DNA of 62,792 nucleotides, filler included. It is 6 parts of 6 records of this genome, joined end to end, with 100 filler letters (N's around TTAATTAATTAA, not from the genome) between each part and the next. Parts side by side here need not be neighbours in the genome. Positions count along the whole stretch, not along the records: positions 7,718 to 33,711 come from SRR31156797_6324; 5 more parts are not named here. One strand, written 5' to 3'. Made by a program: the position numbers and the translations under genes. A model generated the notes under the pieces. It saw only the letters and a program-made list of their open reading frames with translations. It made no database searches and was not told the DNA's origin. Positions 17,693 to 27,907 of the stretch are shown one piece after another. Every line of letters starts with the position of its first letter. Positions within the stretch are counted from its first letter, which is position 1.

Positions 17693-18940
17693 ATGGCAAA
17701 AAAGAAGAAAAAAGGCAAAAACAAGCAAGTTATACGTAAACCCTTAACTAGAAAGGAAGGTATTAAGGTGTTTGAAAAAAAGATGTATGAATTTTTAATT
17801 AACAAGTTTCCTCATAAATACGAGCTTCGTTTTACACAAAAAGAAATGAAGTACATGTATATTTATCGGATTGTGGTGCCAAATCCGGTCAAAACCGAAG
17901 GTCAGAATACGAGTACCAATGAACTGAATCGAATTGGGCATATTATTCAAAAGAAATTACGTGAGCCTATGTTGTACCATGATGGAGAATGGTATAGTAC
18001 TATTGAATTGGGATTGTTGTATTGCTATTTTAATAATATGAATAACAATAATACTACACCTCAAAGGCGTATGGAATTGTGGCAGTATATTGGGAGTGCC
18101 AGTAAAATTGAATTAAGTCCTGATCAAATAACTATGCATTATGTAGCTGCATTTAGAAAGACCGTTACAGCTATTTCGAGTGTTAGAAATATGATTTATA
18201 GCTTGGATTTGCGTGAAACATATTGTGATCCAAATAATCCTGCATTAGAATTTGGTCATCGGTTGGGCGTTGGATATGCAAGTAAAAAATCAATTGATAT
18301 TAATGGGAATTCCAGATTGGTTTATCGATTTGTTTTGCCACGCATACATAATGAGCCTTGGTATGGGCAAATGTATGCTTCTGACTTAAAAGAGGTGTAT
18401 AGCGGAAATAAGAAAATGCTGGATATATATATTCAATCTCATGCCCTGGAACGCTTAAGGGAAAGGTTAGACTTGTTGGATGAAGAAGCTATCAACTATG
18501 CCATATACGAAAATTTTGATGCACTTCAATTCACTATCTTAAGTAACGGTTACATCTTAATTACAATTAAATTGTTTCAATGCAAAGTAGGTTACTTTAT
18601 TGCCAATATTATTAAGGATGATTTTGTAATTCGAACCTTCCTGTTTATTACCCATGCTACCAGTCCGGAAGGAGATAAACTAAAAGAGATCTGTGGATTG
18701 GGAAGAAATGATGTGCCTTACTGGAAGATAGATCGATTGAGTACTTTTATGAATGTGGATGCAGAACAATACCCTAAATTATCTGCCATGTTCGAAGAGG
18801 CGGGTTGTGGCGATTTGTTCAAACTGCACAACGAAAAGTTCTCGGTAGAAGCTATGCAAACTGCCAATCTCGATGGGTTAAGAGACTACATCAAAAGTGG
18901 AAAGCAGGAGATGTCCGATGAGTTGCTGGAATCGAGTTGA
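17693..18940 (+). CDS. Hypothetical protein (415 aa, basic N-terminus)
   Basis: Long ORF with AAAGGAGG upstream. No recognisable domain. Confidence 0.75.
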   Translation: MAKKKKKGKNKQVIRKPLTRKEGIKVFEKKMYEFLINKFPHKYELRFTQKEMKYMYIYRIVVPNPVKTEGQNTSTNELNRIGHIIQKKLREPMLYHDGEWYSTIELGLLYCYFNNMNNNNTTPQRRMELWQYIGSASKIELSPDQITMHYVAAFRKTVTAISSVRNMIYSLDLRETYCDPNNPALEFGHRLGVGYASKKSIDINGNSRLVYRFVLPRIHNEPWYGQMYASDLKEVYSGNKKMLDIYIQSHALERLRERLDLLDEEAINYAIYENFDALQFTILSNGYILITIKLFQCKVGYFIANIIKDDFVIRTFLFITHATSPEGDKLKEICGLGRNDVPYWKIDRLSTFMNVDAEQYPKLSAMFEEAGCGDLFKLHNEKFSVEAMQTANLDGLRDYIKSGKQEMSDELLESS

Positions 18941-18966
18941 TTCTCAGCACCCATGGGAAAATAATC

Positions 18967-20304
18967 TTAGTACTTTTTAAGGATGTATTTGTATCGTATT
19001 TGGAAAAGAACCGAACAAACTAGCAATCCTACTGGAAATCCGAACCATATTCCCACTGCACCAAAATTCCATTTAAAAGCAGATAGATAACTGAATGGAA
19101 TAGAAATAAGAAAATAGGAGATAAATGTGATGATGGCAGGAATTCTAGCATCGGCAAAACCTCTTAAGGTTCCCGCAAGTATAATTTGAATTCCATCCAC
19201 CAGTTGGAAGATACTACAAACAATTAGCATTTGTGCAGCCAGGTTTATAACTGTAATATCTTTTGTAAATAGGAGAGGTAACAGATGGCGTGCACCTATA
19301 AATACAATAACAATAATAGCAGAATAGAGGTACATTAAATTCATCGCTGTCTTAGTAGCTCTAATAATCCCATCATTATTGTTTTCACCTTTATAGTGAC
19401 TAACACGGATGGTTGTACCAGCTCCTAAGCCCTGATAAATCATGAAACCAAGGGTAGAGAGGGTAATTGCGATTTGGTGTGCAGCCAGGTCGGCTTCGGT
19501 TAGCCAGCCCATCATAATAGCACATAAACCAAAAGCACTAGCTTCCATCACAATTTGTCCGCCCAAAGGAATTCCCAGTTTTATAATACCTACAAATCTG
19601 TCCCAACAGAAAACGCTTTGCTTGTGCAATTTCGCGAAGAGTTTGAATTTATTATTTCTATAAAAAAGAATGATAAAAGAGAGAGCCATAAATATTCGAG
19701 CCAATAAGGTTCCAATACCAGCACCAGTTAACCCCATTTCGGGAGCGCCAAATTTGCCATACATAAACACATAATTACCTACTGTGTTTATTACATTAGC
19801 CCAAAGCATAATTTTCATGGCTGTTTTTGTATCGCCCACACCTTCGGCAAATTGTTTGTAGCCATAAAATACCATCATTGGGATTACCGATGTCATTAAT
19901 ATTGCCAAATAATCCCGCGAAGGTTTCAGAATAGATTCGGGTTGTCCCATATAAGGAATCAATACATATAAAATCAGTAATAGTAAGGCTAAAGCTACGC
20001 CCATAAAGGCATTGGCGAGTATCCCATTTTTTATCCATGATCCAATTGAATCGTGATCTTTTTCGCCCCAGCTTTTGCCAATTAGCGGGGTTAAGGCAAA
20101 GGAATAACCCATTCCGAATATCAATACCAGACTGAATAAGGTGTTTGTGAATGATGCCGCGGCAAAAGGTATGGTACCCAATTGTCCAATCATTACATTG
20201 TCGATTAATCCGACGGTAATTTGTCCTGCCTGTGCGATAATCACAGGAATGCTTAGTGAAAGTGTTTTTTTGTATTCACCAGTTTCTTGCTTCCAAAATC
20301 TCAT
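18967..20304 (-). CDS. MATE-family efflux transporter (NorM-like)
   Basis: About 12 TM segments; 'IDNVMIGQLG', 'FGAPEMGLTGAGIGT', 'LAAHQIAI'. Confidence 0.92.
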   Translation of the reverse strand: MRFWKQETGEYKKTLSLSIPVIIAQAGQITVGLIDNVMIGQLGTIPFAAASFTNTLFSLVLIFGMGYSFALTPLIGKSWGEKDHDSIGSWIKNGILANAFMGVALALLLLILYVLIPYMGQPESILKPSRDYLAILMTSVIPMMVFYGYKQFAEGVGDTKTAMKIMLWANVINTVGNYVFMYGKFGAPEMGLTGAGIGTLLARIFMALSFIILFYRNNKFKLFAKLHKQSVFCWDRFVGIIKLGIPLGGQIVMEASAFGLCAIMMGWLTEADLAAHQIAITLSTLGFMIYQGLGAGTTIRVSHYKGENNNDGIIRATKTAMNLMYLYSAIIVIVFIGARHLLPLLFTKDITVINLAAQMLIVCSIFQLVDGIQIILAGTLRGFADARIPAIITFISYFLISIPFSYLSAFKWNFGAVGIWFGFPVGLLVCSVLFQIRYKYILKKY

Positions 20305-20574
20305 AATAAGCTTAAAATTGTTTTACATACTCAATTGGATATCTTAAATGCTTGGTGATATTTTTCACAAACAAATGAGATATTCCACAATTGAAATACG
20401 AATGTTGTTAATAAATGAAATGGGAATAAAACGAAAGCTTACCCTATAGTTTACCTCTTTTGTTTTGTACTCTTTTCGAAACTGGCGTTACGGATTTCAA
20501 GCTGTGAAATGTGGCAAAACAAATATCCGATGCAAACGAGTCGTTGTATTTCTATACCCTGTTTTTTCTGACTG

Positions 20575-20614
20575 CAAATATATTTTAGTCTAATAGCTTT
20601 TTGCTTTACATTTG
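20575..20614. promoter_or_regulatory. Divergent Bacteroidota -7 promoter elements (MATE on -, Crp-like gene on +)
   Basis: TATATTTG on the minus strand at 20575-20582 and TACATTTG on the plus strand at 20607-20614. Confidence 0.5.
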
Positions 20615-20640
20615 TTAAGTCTTAATCGAAAATTGTTTTT

Positions 20641-21216
20641 ATGAGGAATGTAATGTCTGCCATCGATAGGTATTATAAGTTGTCGAATCAAAGCAAAGAT
20701 CTTATCATTAGTGAGCTTGAACCTTTCCGTTTGAAGAAGGGCGATGTTTTGATACATGAACATAGGTCGTCACCTTTTTTATATTTTATCGAAAAAGGAG
20801 CTGTGAAGAATCATTATATCGATGATAAGGGCAACAAACAAGTGGTTTGGTTCGGTTTCGAAGGAGATATTTGTATTTCTCTAAATTCTTATATCAACAT
20901 GTTCTATATGCACGAAACCACTGAATTGATTGAAGATAGTTTGTTTTATAGAGTGAAAATAGTTCATGTGAAATCTCTGTTTCAGGATTATTTGGATTGG
21001 GCAAATTGGGGGCGATGCTTCATGGAAAATGTGTTTATACAAACTGTAAAGGAATTGGATGAGTATAAGGCATTAACAGCTAAAGAAAAATATCTCAGCT
21101 TAATTGGACAAAATCAGAATGTGAAGGAAAGAGTACCCTTAAAAGATATTGCATCCTATTTGGGGGTATCGGCTGTTACCATAAGTCGATTAAGAAAAGA
21201 ATTGGGCGGAATATGA
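20641..21216 (+). CDS. Crp/Fnr-family transcriptional regulator
   Basis: cNMP-binding 'LYFIEKGAVK' and HTH 'IASYLGVSAVTISRLR'. Confidence 0.9.
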   Translation: MRNVMSAIDRYYKLSNQSKDLIISELEPFRLKKGDVLIHEHRSSPFLYFIEKGAVKNHYIDDKGNKQVVWFGFEGDICISLNSYINMFYMHETTELIEDSLFYRVKIVHVKSLFQDYLDWANWGRCFMENVFIQTVKELDEYKALTAKEKYLSLIGQNQNVKERVPLKDIASYLGVSAVTISRLRKELGGI

Positions 21217-21495
21217 GAGGAAACAAAAGTTATTTTTGATGATTACATGATTTGTTTTATCACAGTAATTATGTGCTTGAGTATTTCAAGATTCAATTTT
21301 TTTTGTATTTACCTAAGTTACCACTTGTCCATAAGAAAACTATTCAAAAATGTGGCTTGTATTGGAGTGAAACTATTTACGGGAAGCTAATTAATTGGCA
21401 GGAATTAGGAATGATTTATTGTTTATTCCCGAAAAAAAGTTAGCTTGCAGTCCCCTGATTATGATTACACAATCTTCTTAAAGAGAATAACTGCC

Positions 21496-22338
21496 ATGAA
21501 AATTCTTGAATTACAAAATGCGAATCACGATCATTTGTCCTTTCAAATTGTAGATGTTAAGCATAATCCTATGTATGATTATAAGAAAAAGCATAGGCAT
21601 GATTACTTTGAATTTATTTTGTTTGAGAAAGGGGGAGAAGGTTCACAATTAATCGATTTTGTTGAATATCCAATAAGTGGTAAAACATTGGATATTGTGA
21701 TGCCCAATCAGGTTCATTTATTAAAGCTATTTAATGAAGATAATGGGATCATTCTTCAGTTTACAAAAGAGTTTTTACATTCCAGTCTTTTACTATCTCA
21801 TATCGATTTTACCTCATCTTTGCGAATGAATCCACATACGAAATTGACTTCTGAAAATTTCGATACCCTATTTGATAGCTTTAAAAAATTAAAGAGGTTG
21901 TACAATTCTGATAATAAATTTAAAACTCAGCAGCTACGACATTTGTTTGCCTATGTTTTTTATCAGGTGCTCGATGTTTTACCTAAAAAATCAGAAGCTA
22001 TGGTTCGTGATAATTTGATAAATCAATTTATCGATTTAGTTGAATGTAATTTTAAGGTAAATAGGACGGTGGCTTTTTATGCAAATAAGCTAAATGTATC
22101 GCTTAGTAAGCTGAATACCGAATTAAAAGAAAAAGTTGGAAAAACACCTTTGCAGGTCATTCATGGGTTATTAATTCTTGAAATTAAGAGATTGCTTATG
22201 ATCGAACAATTAACACACAAGGAAATTAGTTATCAACTTAATTTTGATAGTCAAAGTTCTTATAGTCGATTTGTCTTGAAAAATCTCGGTTGTAAACCGT
22301 CAGAATTAAAAGAACAACTTCAGAATATTCTACAATAA
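21496..22338 (+). CDS. AraC-family regulator with cupin N-terminus
   Basis: 'HRHDYFEFILF' and C-terminal 'KEISYQLNFDSQSSYSRF'. Confidence 0.88.
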   Translation: MKILELQNANHDHLSFQIVDVKHNPMYDYKKKHRHDYFEFILFEKGGEGSQLIDFVEYPISGKTLDIVMPNQVHLLKLFNEDNGIILQFTKEFLHSSLLLSHIDFTSSLRMNPHTKLTSENFDTLFDSFKKLKRLYNSDNKFKTQQLRHLFAYVFYQVLDVLPKKSEAMVRDNLINQFIDLVECNFKVNRTVAFYANKLNVSLSKLNTELKEKVGKTPLQVIHGLLILEIKRLLMIEQLTHKEISYQLNFDSQSSYSRFVLKNLGCKPSELKEQLQNILQ

Positions 22339-22440
22339 ATCAAGAGAACTATAAATGGCACAATTTTAAGTGAATTTTGCTAATGTCATCTGTTCTATTT
22401 CCTGCTTTCTTTGAATTTCTGAATAAAGGAGTTGTAAGGA

Positions 22441-23070
22441 ATGGAAATAGAATTGGTATTGTCTTTTTTAAGTGCATCCTTGATTTTATCAATTATGCCT
22501 GGTCCTGATAATATTTTTGTATTAACAGAAAGTGTTACGAAAGGGCACCAAAATGGTATTGCTATTTCGATAGGTTTATCTCTTGGCGTAATGATTCATA
22601 CATTGGCAGCAGCTTTAGGTTTGTCCTTAATTATTCAACAATCGGCATTGGTCTTTTCCGCAATTAAGTATTTAGGTGCTGCCTACTTACTTTATTTGGC
22701 AATTACCGCCTTAAGAGATAAATCGAAGAGTAATAAGGATGAGCAGATTCAGGAAAATGAGACAATGAGTTGGATGCAATTGATTCGTAAGGGATTCCTA
22801 ATGAATGTTCTGAATCCTAAAGTATCACTATTCTTTATTGCCTTCTTGCCACAATTTGTAAGTAATTCAGGTATCAACGTCAGTATTCAAATGATTGTGT
22901 TGGGATTTATTTTTATGATTCAATCATTAATAGTATTTAGTTTGATTGCGATTCTTTCAGGTCGATTGAATCAGTATTTGGACAGTCCGAAGTTTTGGGA
23001 CATTACCCGATGGAGTAAGTTTGGAGTTTTAACTGTTTTGGCAGGATTGTTATTGGTATCGGAAAAATAA
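22441..23070 (+). CDS. LysE/RhtB-family translocator
   Basis: 'PGPDNIFVL', 'GAAYLLYL', 'NVLNPKVSLFFIAFLPQF'. Confidence 0.92.
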   Translation: MEIELVLSFLSASLILSIMPGPDNIFVLTESVTKGHQNGIAISIGLSLGVMIHTLAAALGLSLIIQQSALVFSAIKYLGAAYLLYLAITALRDKSKSNKDEQIQENETMSWMQLIRKGFLMNVLNPKVSLFFIAFLPQFVSNSGINVSIQMIVLGFIFMIQSLIVFSLIAILSGRLNQYLDSPKFWDITRWSKFGVLTVLAGLLLVSEK

Positions 23071-23129
23071 AAAACTTGAGTATTAACCTACTAGTATAAA
23101 TTCAATGATCATAGGGGATCAGAATTGTG

Positions 23130-23154
23130 AAGTCACCTTTGGGTGACTTTTTTT
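23130..23154 (+). terminator. Intrinsic terminator after LysE
   Basis: AAGTCACC-tttg-GGTGACTT plus T-tract. Confidence 0.75.
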
Positions 23155-23332
23155 GTTCTTACAGTTAACAGTATATCGTTTTGCACAATTTTATATTGAT
23201 ATTGCTAAATGTTTCGAACTTAATTCTTTGTTACTTTATACTGTCAAATAAAAAAAACATTTGGTAAGTATAGGGGAAAGGTGCATTGTGGTTAATGGGA
23301 TTTTTCCCCTTTCTTAATTACAATGATTTAGT

Positions 23333-23366
23333 AAAAAAAATAGGTCGTCACGAATGACAACCTATT
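23333..23366 (-). terminator. Intrinsic terminator of the PUL
   Basis: AATAGGTCGTCA-cgaa-TGACAACCTATT, preceded by an A-run (U-tract on the minus strand). Confidence 0.7.
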
Positions 23367-23396
23367 GGTACAAAAAATCACATAATACTAACTAAA

Positions 23397-25669
23397 TTAT
23401 TGTATAAAACTAACTACTATTTTCTGAACTTCTTGAGAATTTGTTCCAACGTAAATGTTATAATCTCCACTCTCAAATAAAAACTCACCTTCAGGAGAAT
23501 AGTATCCTAAATCTTTTTGGTTCAATTCGAATGTGATTTTTCGTTCTTCATTGGCTGCTAGCTTAATTTTCTTAAATGCCTTTAATTCTTTAACAGGTCT
23601 GGCAAAAGATGCTGAAGGAGCCTGAATGTAGACCTGCACGACCTCTTCACCTTCAAATTCGCCTGTATTTGATAATAGAAGACTAAGTTTTATTGATTCG
23701 TTTAACTGATAAGATTCTTTATCGGTTTTAACCTGAGAATAGGTGAAATTTGTGTAGCTCAAACCATATCCGAAGGGAAATAAAGGAGTATTTGGAGCAT
23801 CGGTATAGTGTGACCAAAATACATTCCCCGATGGAGTAGGACGACCAGTTTTCATATGATTGTAATAAATTGGACATTGTCCAACATTGCGAGGAAAAGA
23901 CATGGTCAATTTCCCAGCTGGATTGTAATCACCAAAAAGAACATCAGCAATTGCATTGCCAGCTTCGCTACCTGCAAGCCAGGTTTCTAAAATGGCATCA
24001 GCTTTTTCAGCAAGTTCGGGAATGGCTATTGGTCGACCATTCATTAACACTACAACCACCTTTTTATTTACTTTACGTATTGCATGGAACAGTTCCATTT
24101 GCAAGCCTTTTAACTGTATATCAGTTTGACTTCTTGCTTCTCCTGTCTGCCAGCAATCCTCTCCAATTGTTAGCAATACAACCTCAGATTGTTTTGCAGC
24201 TTTAATGGCTTCTGAAAATTCAGATCTGTCATTATCGTTGTAGGAGAGTTCTTGCAAGAAACTTCTTTCCCCAACAGTTAAATCACAACCTTTAGCGTAA
24301 TTTATTTTTGTATTGGGCGATACTGCTGCCTTAACACCTTCAAGTAATGATACAGCAGAGTTGGTAATTGCTTTTGCTCGCCAACTTCCTAAGGGAACAT
24401 CTTTATCATTGGCTAGTGGACCAATCACAGCTAGTGATTTGATCTCTTTTGAAAGAGGAAGGATTTGTCTTTCATTTTTAAGTAAGACCATCGATCGTTT
24501 GGCAACTTTTCTTGCAGCAGATCTATTTTCTTCATTGTAAATCCGTTCTTTTTCTCTCTCCGGATTTGAATATTTGTAAGGATCCTTGAATAGTCCAAGT
24601 TTGTATTTTATTTTTAAAATACGACGGACTGCATCATCAATTAAGTTTTCATCAACTTTTCCTTCTTCTACCAATTCTTTTAAATAGGGCAGATAAGCAT
24701 CCGATTCCATATCCATATCCGAACCTGCATTAAGACACCTTTCTGCAGCTTTTTTTAAATCTTTTGCTGCACCATGATAAGCTATTTCCTCAATGCTTCC
24801 CCAATCGGATACCACAAATCCTTCATAGTTCCATTGGCCTTTCAGTAAATCTCGTTGCAGATATTTATTTGCTGTTGCCGGTGTACCATTAATAATATTA
24901 AAGGAGTTCATAAATGTGGCAACTCCCGAATTGGCAACTGCTTTAAACGGAGGAAGAACAATATTGTGTAGTGTATAGCTTCCAATATCAACTGTATTGT
25001 AATCTCTACCTGATTCTGAAAATCCATAAGCTGCGAAATGCTTGGCACAAGCAGCAATCGTATAATCATTGGAAAGATCATCGCCTTGAAAACCTTGGAC
25101 GCGGGCAAGGGAAAAGATGCTAGCCAAATAAGGATCTTCTCCACAGCCTTCCATTACGCGTCCCCAGCGAGCATCTCTGCCAACATCCATCATAGGTGCG
25201 AATGTCCAGTGCAAACCTGCTGCTGCTGCTTCTTTTGCCGCAACCTGTGCGGATAGTTTTGCCATTTCCGGTTCCCAGGAAGATGCTTCTGCCAGTGGGA
25301 TAGGAAACATGGTTTTGTAACCATGAATTACATCGTAAGCAAACATCACTGGAATGCCCAGTCGGCTATTTTCTACAGCCAGTTTTTGTGCTTCGTAGGT
25401 TTCAGAGGCTCCATTTACATTAAGCATAGAGCCAACTTTTCCATTCTTAATATTATCAAGTTGATTTTGAATATTGTCATTTTTGGGAGCTGGACCTGTC
25501 ATTTCCCATCTGCTGGTACATTGGTTCAACTGACCAATCTTTTCCTGTAAAGTCATTTTAGTCAGTAAGCCATCTACGAACTTATCCGCTTTACTTGTAC
25601 TTATGTCTTGTTTGGTACAAGACATAAGTACAAGAGACAAATAATTCCAAAATTTATGTGTTTCTTCAT
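23397..25669 (-). CDS. bglX: GH3 beta-glucosidase BglX-like; apparent 1-nt deletion in the lipoprotein signal
   Basis: 'DVIHGY', 'RDARWGRVMEG', 'KHFAAY', 'VSDW', Fn3-like C-terminus. The natural ATG 25669 is out of frame with the body of the gene. Confidence 0.88.
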
Positions 25670-27853
25670 CTATTCTACTTCAATTTTAATCGTGGTAATG
25701 ATATTTTTAGAAGATGTACCAAGCATTAACTTAAACTGTCCAGCTTCTACCTTCCAATCCATTTTTTTATCATCAAAAAAGGCTAAATCTTTTATCGGAA
25801 TATCAATTTGAACGGATTTACTTTCACCTGAGTTTAATGACACTTTTTTGAAACCTTTTAATTCTTTTAGAGGTCTTAATACAGAGGCTTTCACATCATT
25901 TACATAAACTTGAATTAATTCCTTACCATTTTGCTTTCCAGTATTTTTTATCTCACAGGAAAGGGAAATAATATCTTTCTTTTGATACTTCTTTTTATCA
26001 GTTTTTACATTGGTGATTTCAAAATTAGTATATGAAAGTCCATAGCCAAATGCGAATAAAGGTTTAATTTTCTTCGTGTCGTGCCAACGATAACCCACCA
26101 AAATATCTTCTTTGTATTCCTGGTTTATTCCATCGCCAGGATAGGATATTTCTCCAAAGGAATGAGCGGCATTATCTTCCAGTTTTACTGGAAAAGTAAA
26201 TGGTAGTTTACCTGATGGATTTACATCTCCCGAAAGGATATCAGCGATGGTATGTCCGGCTTCACTTCCTAAATACCATACTTGAGCAATTGCCTTTACT
26301 TCCGATATCCAAGGCATTTCAACGGCATTTCCACTAACGAGAACTACCGCTGTATTTTGATTTACTTTTAATATTTCAGCAAGCAGTTCATCTTGTCTAA
26401 AAGGAAGAGAAAATTGTAAACGATCATCACCTTCACAATCCTGATGATGATTTTTGTTTAATCCTCCTACGAATAGAACCATATCAGCTTGCTTGGCAAT
26501 TTTAATGGCTTCCGATTGAAGAGAATCTGCATTTAGCCTGGAAGGGATTACTCTTCCGTATGCCGAAGGACCTGACGAATATCCCATTGCATGCAAAATC
26601 TTTGCTCTTGTAAATCGTTTCTGTATTCCTTCCAAAGGAGATATTTCATGAATGGTTTTCAATTCCGAAGATCCACCACCAATAGTCATCATACGAGTAG
26701 CATTTTCGCCTATTATTGCTATCGTTTTTGTTGTTTCAGGATCGATAGGGAAGAAATTATCCTCATTTTTCAATAATACAATACCTTCCTGAGCAATTTC
26801 GCGGGCAACATCAAAATGTTCCTGACTATTCATACTTCCAAAAGGTCTGGAATTGTCCATATTGGTTCTGAACATCAATCGAAGAATGCGTCTAACTTTT
26901 TCGTCAACTACACTTTCATCAATCTCTCCATTTTCAATCATTTTTCTTAAAGGATTTGCCAGATAATAGTTGTCGTAGGCATTTTTAGAAGAGCTTGTAA
27001 GTCCATCAGTTCCGGTTCCCATTTCAATATCTAAACCATAAAGTGCAGCTTGTTTGGTGTCGTGAGTTGCTCCCCAATCGGTAACCAAAACACCATCAAA
27101 TTCCCAATCTCCCTTCAGAATTTTATTTACTAATAATTCGTTGTGACAACAATATTGACCTCTGTATTGATTGTATGCTCCCATAATAGACCATACATTT
27201 CCTTCTTGCACCGCTGCTTTAAAAGCAGGTAAATAGATTTCATACAAAGCTCTGTCACTTAATTCCACATTGATATGATCTCTCCAATGTTCCTGATTGT
27301 TGAGTACATAATGCTTAACACAAGCAGCAACACCATTTTCTTGCACCCCATGAATGTAAGGAACTACCATTTTTGAAGCCAAGTATGGATCTTCTCCCAT
27401 GTATTCAAAATTTCTTCCATTTAGAGGTGTACGGTATATGTTAACGCCAGGTCCTAAAAGAATATCTTTCTTTCGATATCTTGCTTCTTCTCCTATGGCT
27501 TTTCCATACTTATAAGCTAGTTCAGGATTGAATGTTGCAGCCAAACAGGTAAGTGCAGGGAAGGCGGTGCAAGAGTCGTTTGTCCAATTGGCATGACTCC
27601 AATCATCCCAGGCAATTTCAGCACGAACACCATGCGGACCATCCGACATCCATATTTCGGGAATCCCCAGCCTTGGTACACCCTTGGAACTAAACTTAGA
27701 CTGAGCGTGGCACATGTCAAGTTTTTCCTTTAGGGTAAGCTGCTTTACTATCTCTTCTATTTTTGTATCCATTGCGTCAGAACTTTTTTGTGCAAATAAT
27801 GGAATTGTAATAATCAGAGTCGAAAGAAGTGCGGTGAAGAATATTTTTTTCAT
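25670..27853 (-). CDS. GH3 beta-glucosidase
   Basis: 'SDGPHGVR', 'GRNFEYMGEDP', 'CVKHY', 'VTDWG', signal peptide. Confidence 0.92.
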   Translation of the reverse strand: MKKIFFTALLSTLIITIPLFAQKSSDAMDTKIEEIVKQLTLKEKLDMCHAQSKFSSKGVPRLGIPEIWMSDGPHGVRAEIAWDDWSHANWTNDSCTAFPALTCLAATFNPELAYKYGKAIGEEARYRKKDILLGPGVNIYRTPLNGRNFEYMGEDPYLASKMVVPYIHGVQENGVAACVKHYVLNNQEHWRDHINVELSDRALYEIYLPAFKAAVQEGNVWSIMGAYNQYRGQYCCHNELLVNKILKGDWEFDGVLVTDWGATHDTKQAALYGLDIEMGTGTDGLTSSSKNAYDNYYLANPLRKMIENGEIDESVVDEKVRRILRLMFRTNMDNSRPFGSMNSQEHFDVAREIAQEGIVLLKNEDNFFPIDPETTKTIAIIGENATRMMTIGGGSSELKTIHEISPLEGIQKRFTRAKILHAMGYSSGPSAYGRVIPSRLNADSLQSEAIKIAKQADMVLFVGGLNKNHHQDCEGDDRLQFSLPFRQDELLAEILKVNQNTAVVLVSGNAVEMPWISEVKAIAQVWYLGSEAGHTIADILSGDVNPSGKLPFTFPVKLEDNAAHSFGEISYPGDGINQEYKEDILVGYRWHDTKKIKPLFAFGYGLSYTNFEITNVKTDKKKYQKKDIISLSCEIKNTGKQNGKELIQVYVNDVKASVLRPLKELKGFKKVSLNSGESKSVQIDIPIKDLAFFDDKKMDWKVEAGQFKLMLGTSSKNIITTIKIEVE

Positions 27854-27907
27854 GTCGGTTGAGTTTTGGTTAATCGATATATTAAAATTGCAGCCTGTAA
27901 AGTTGAT

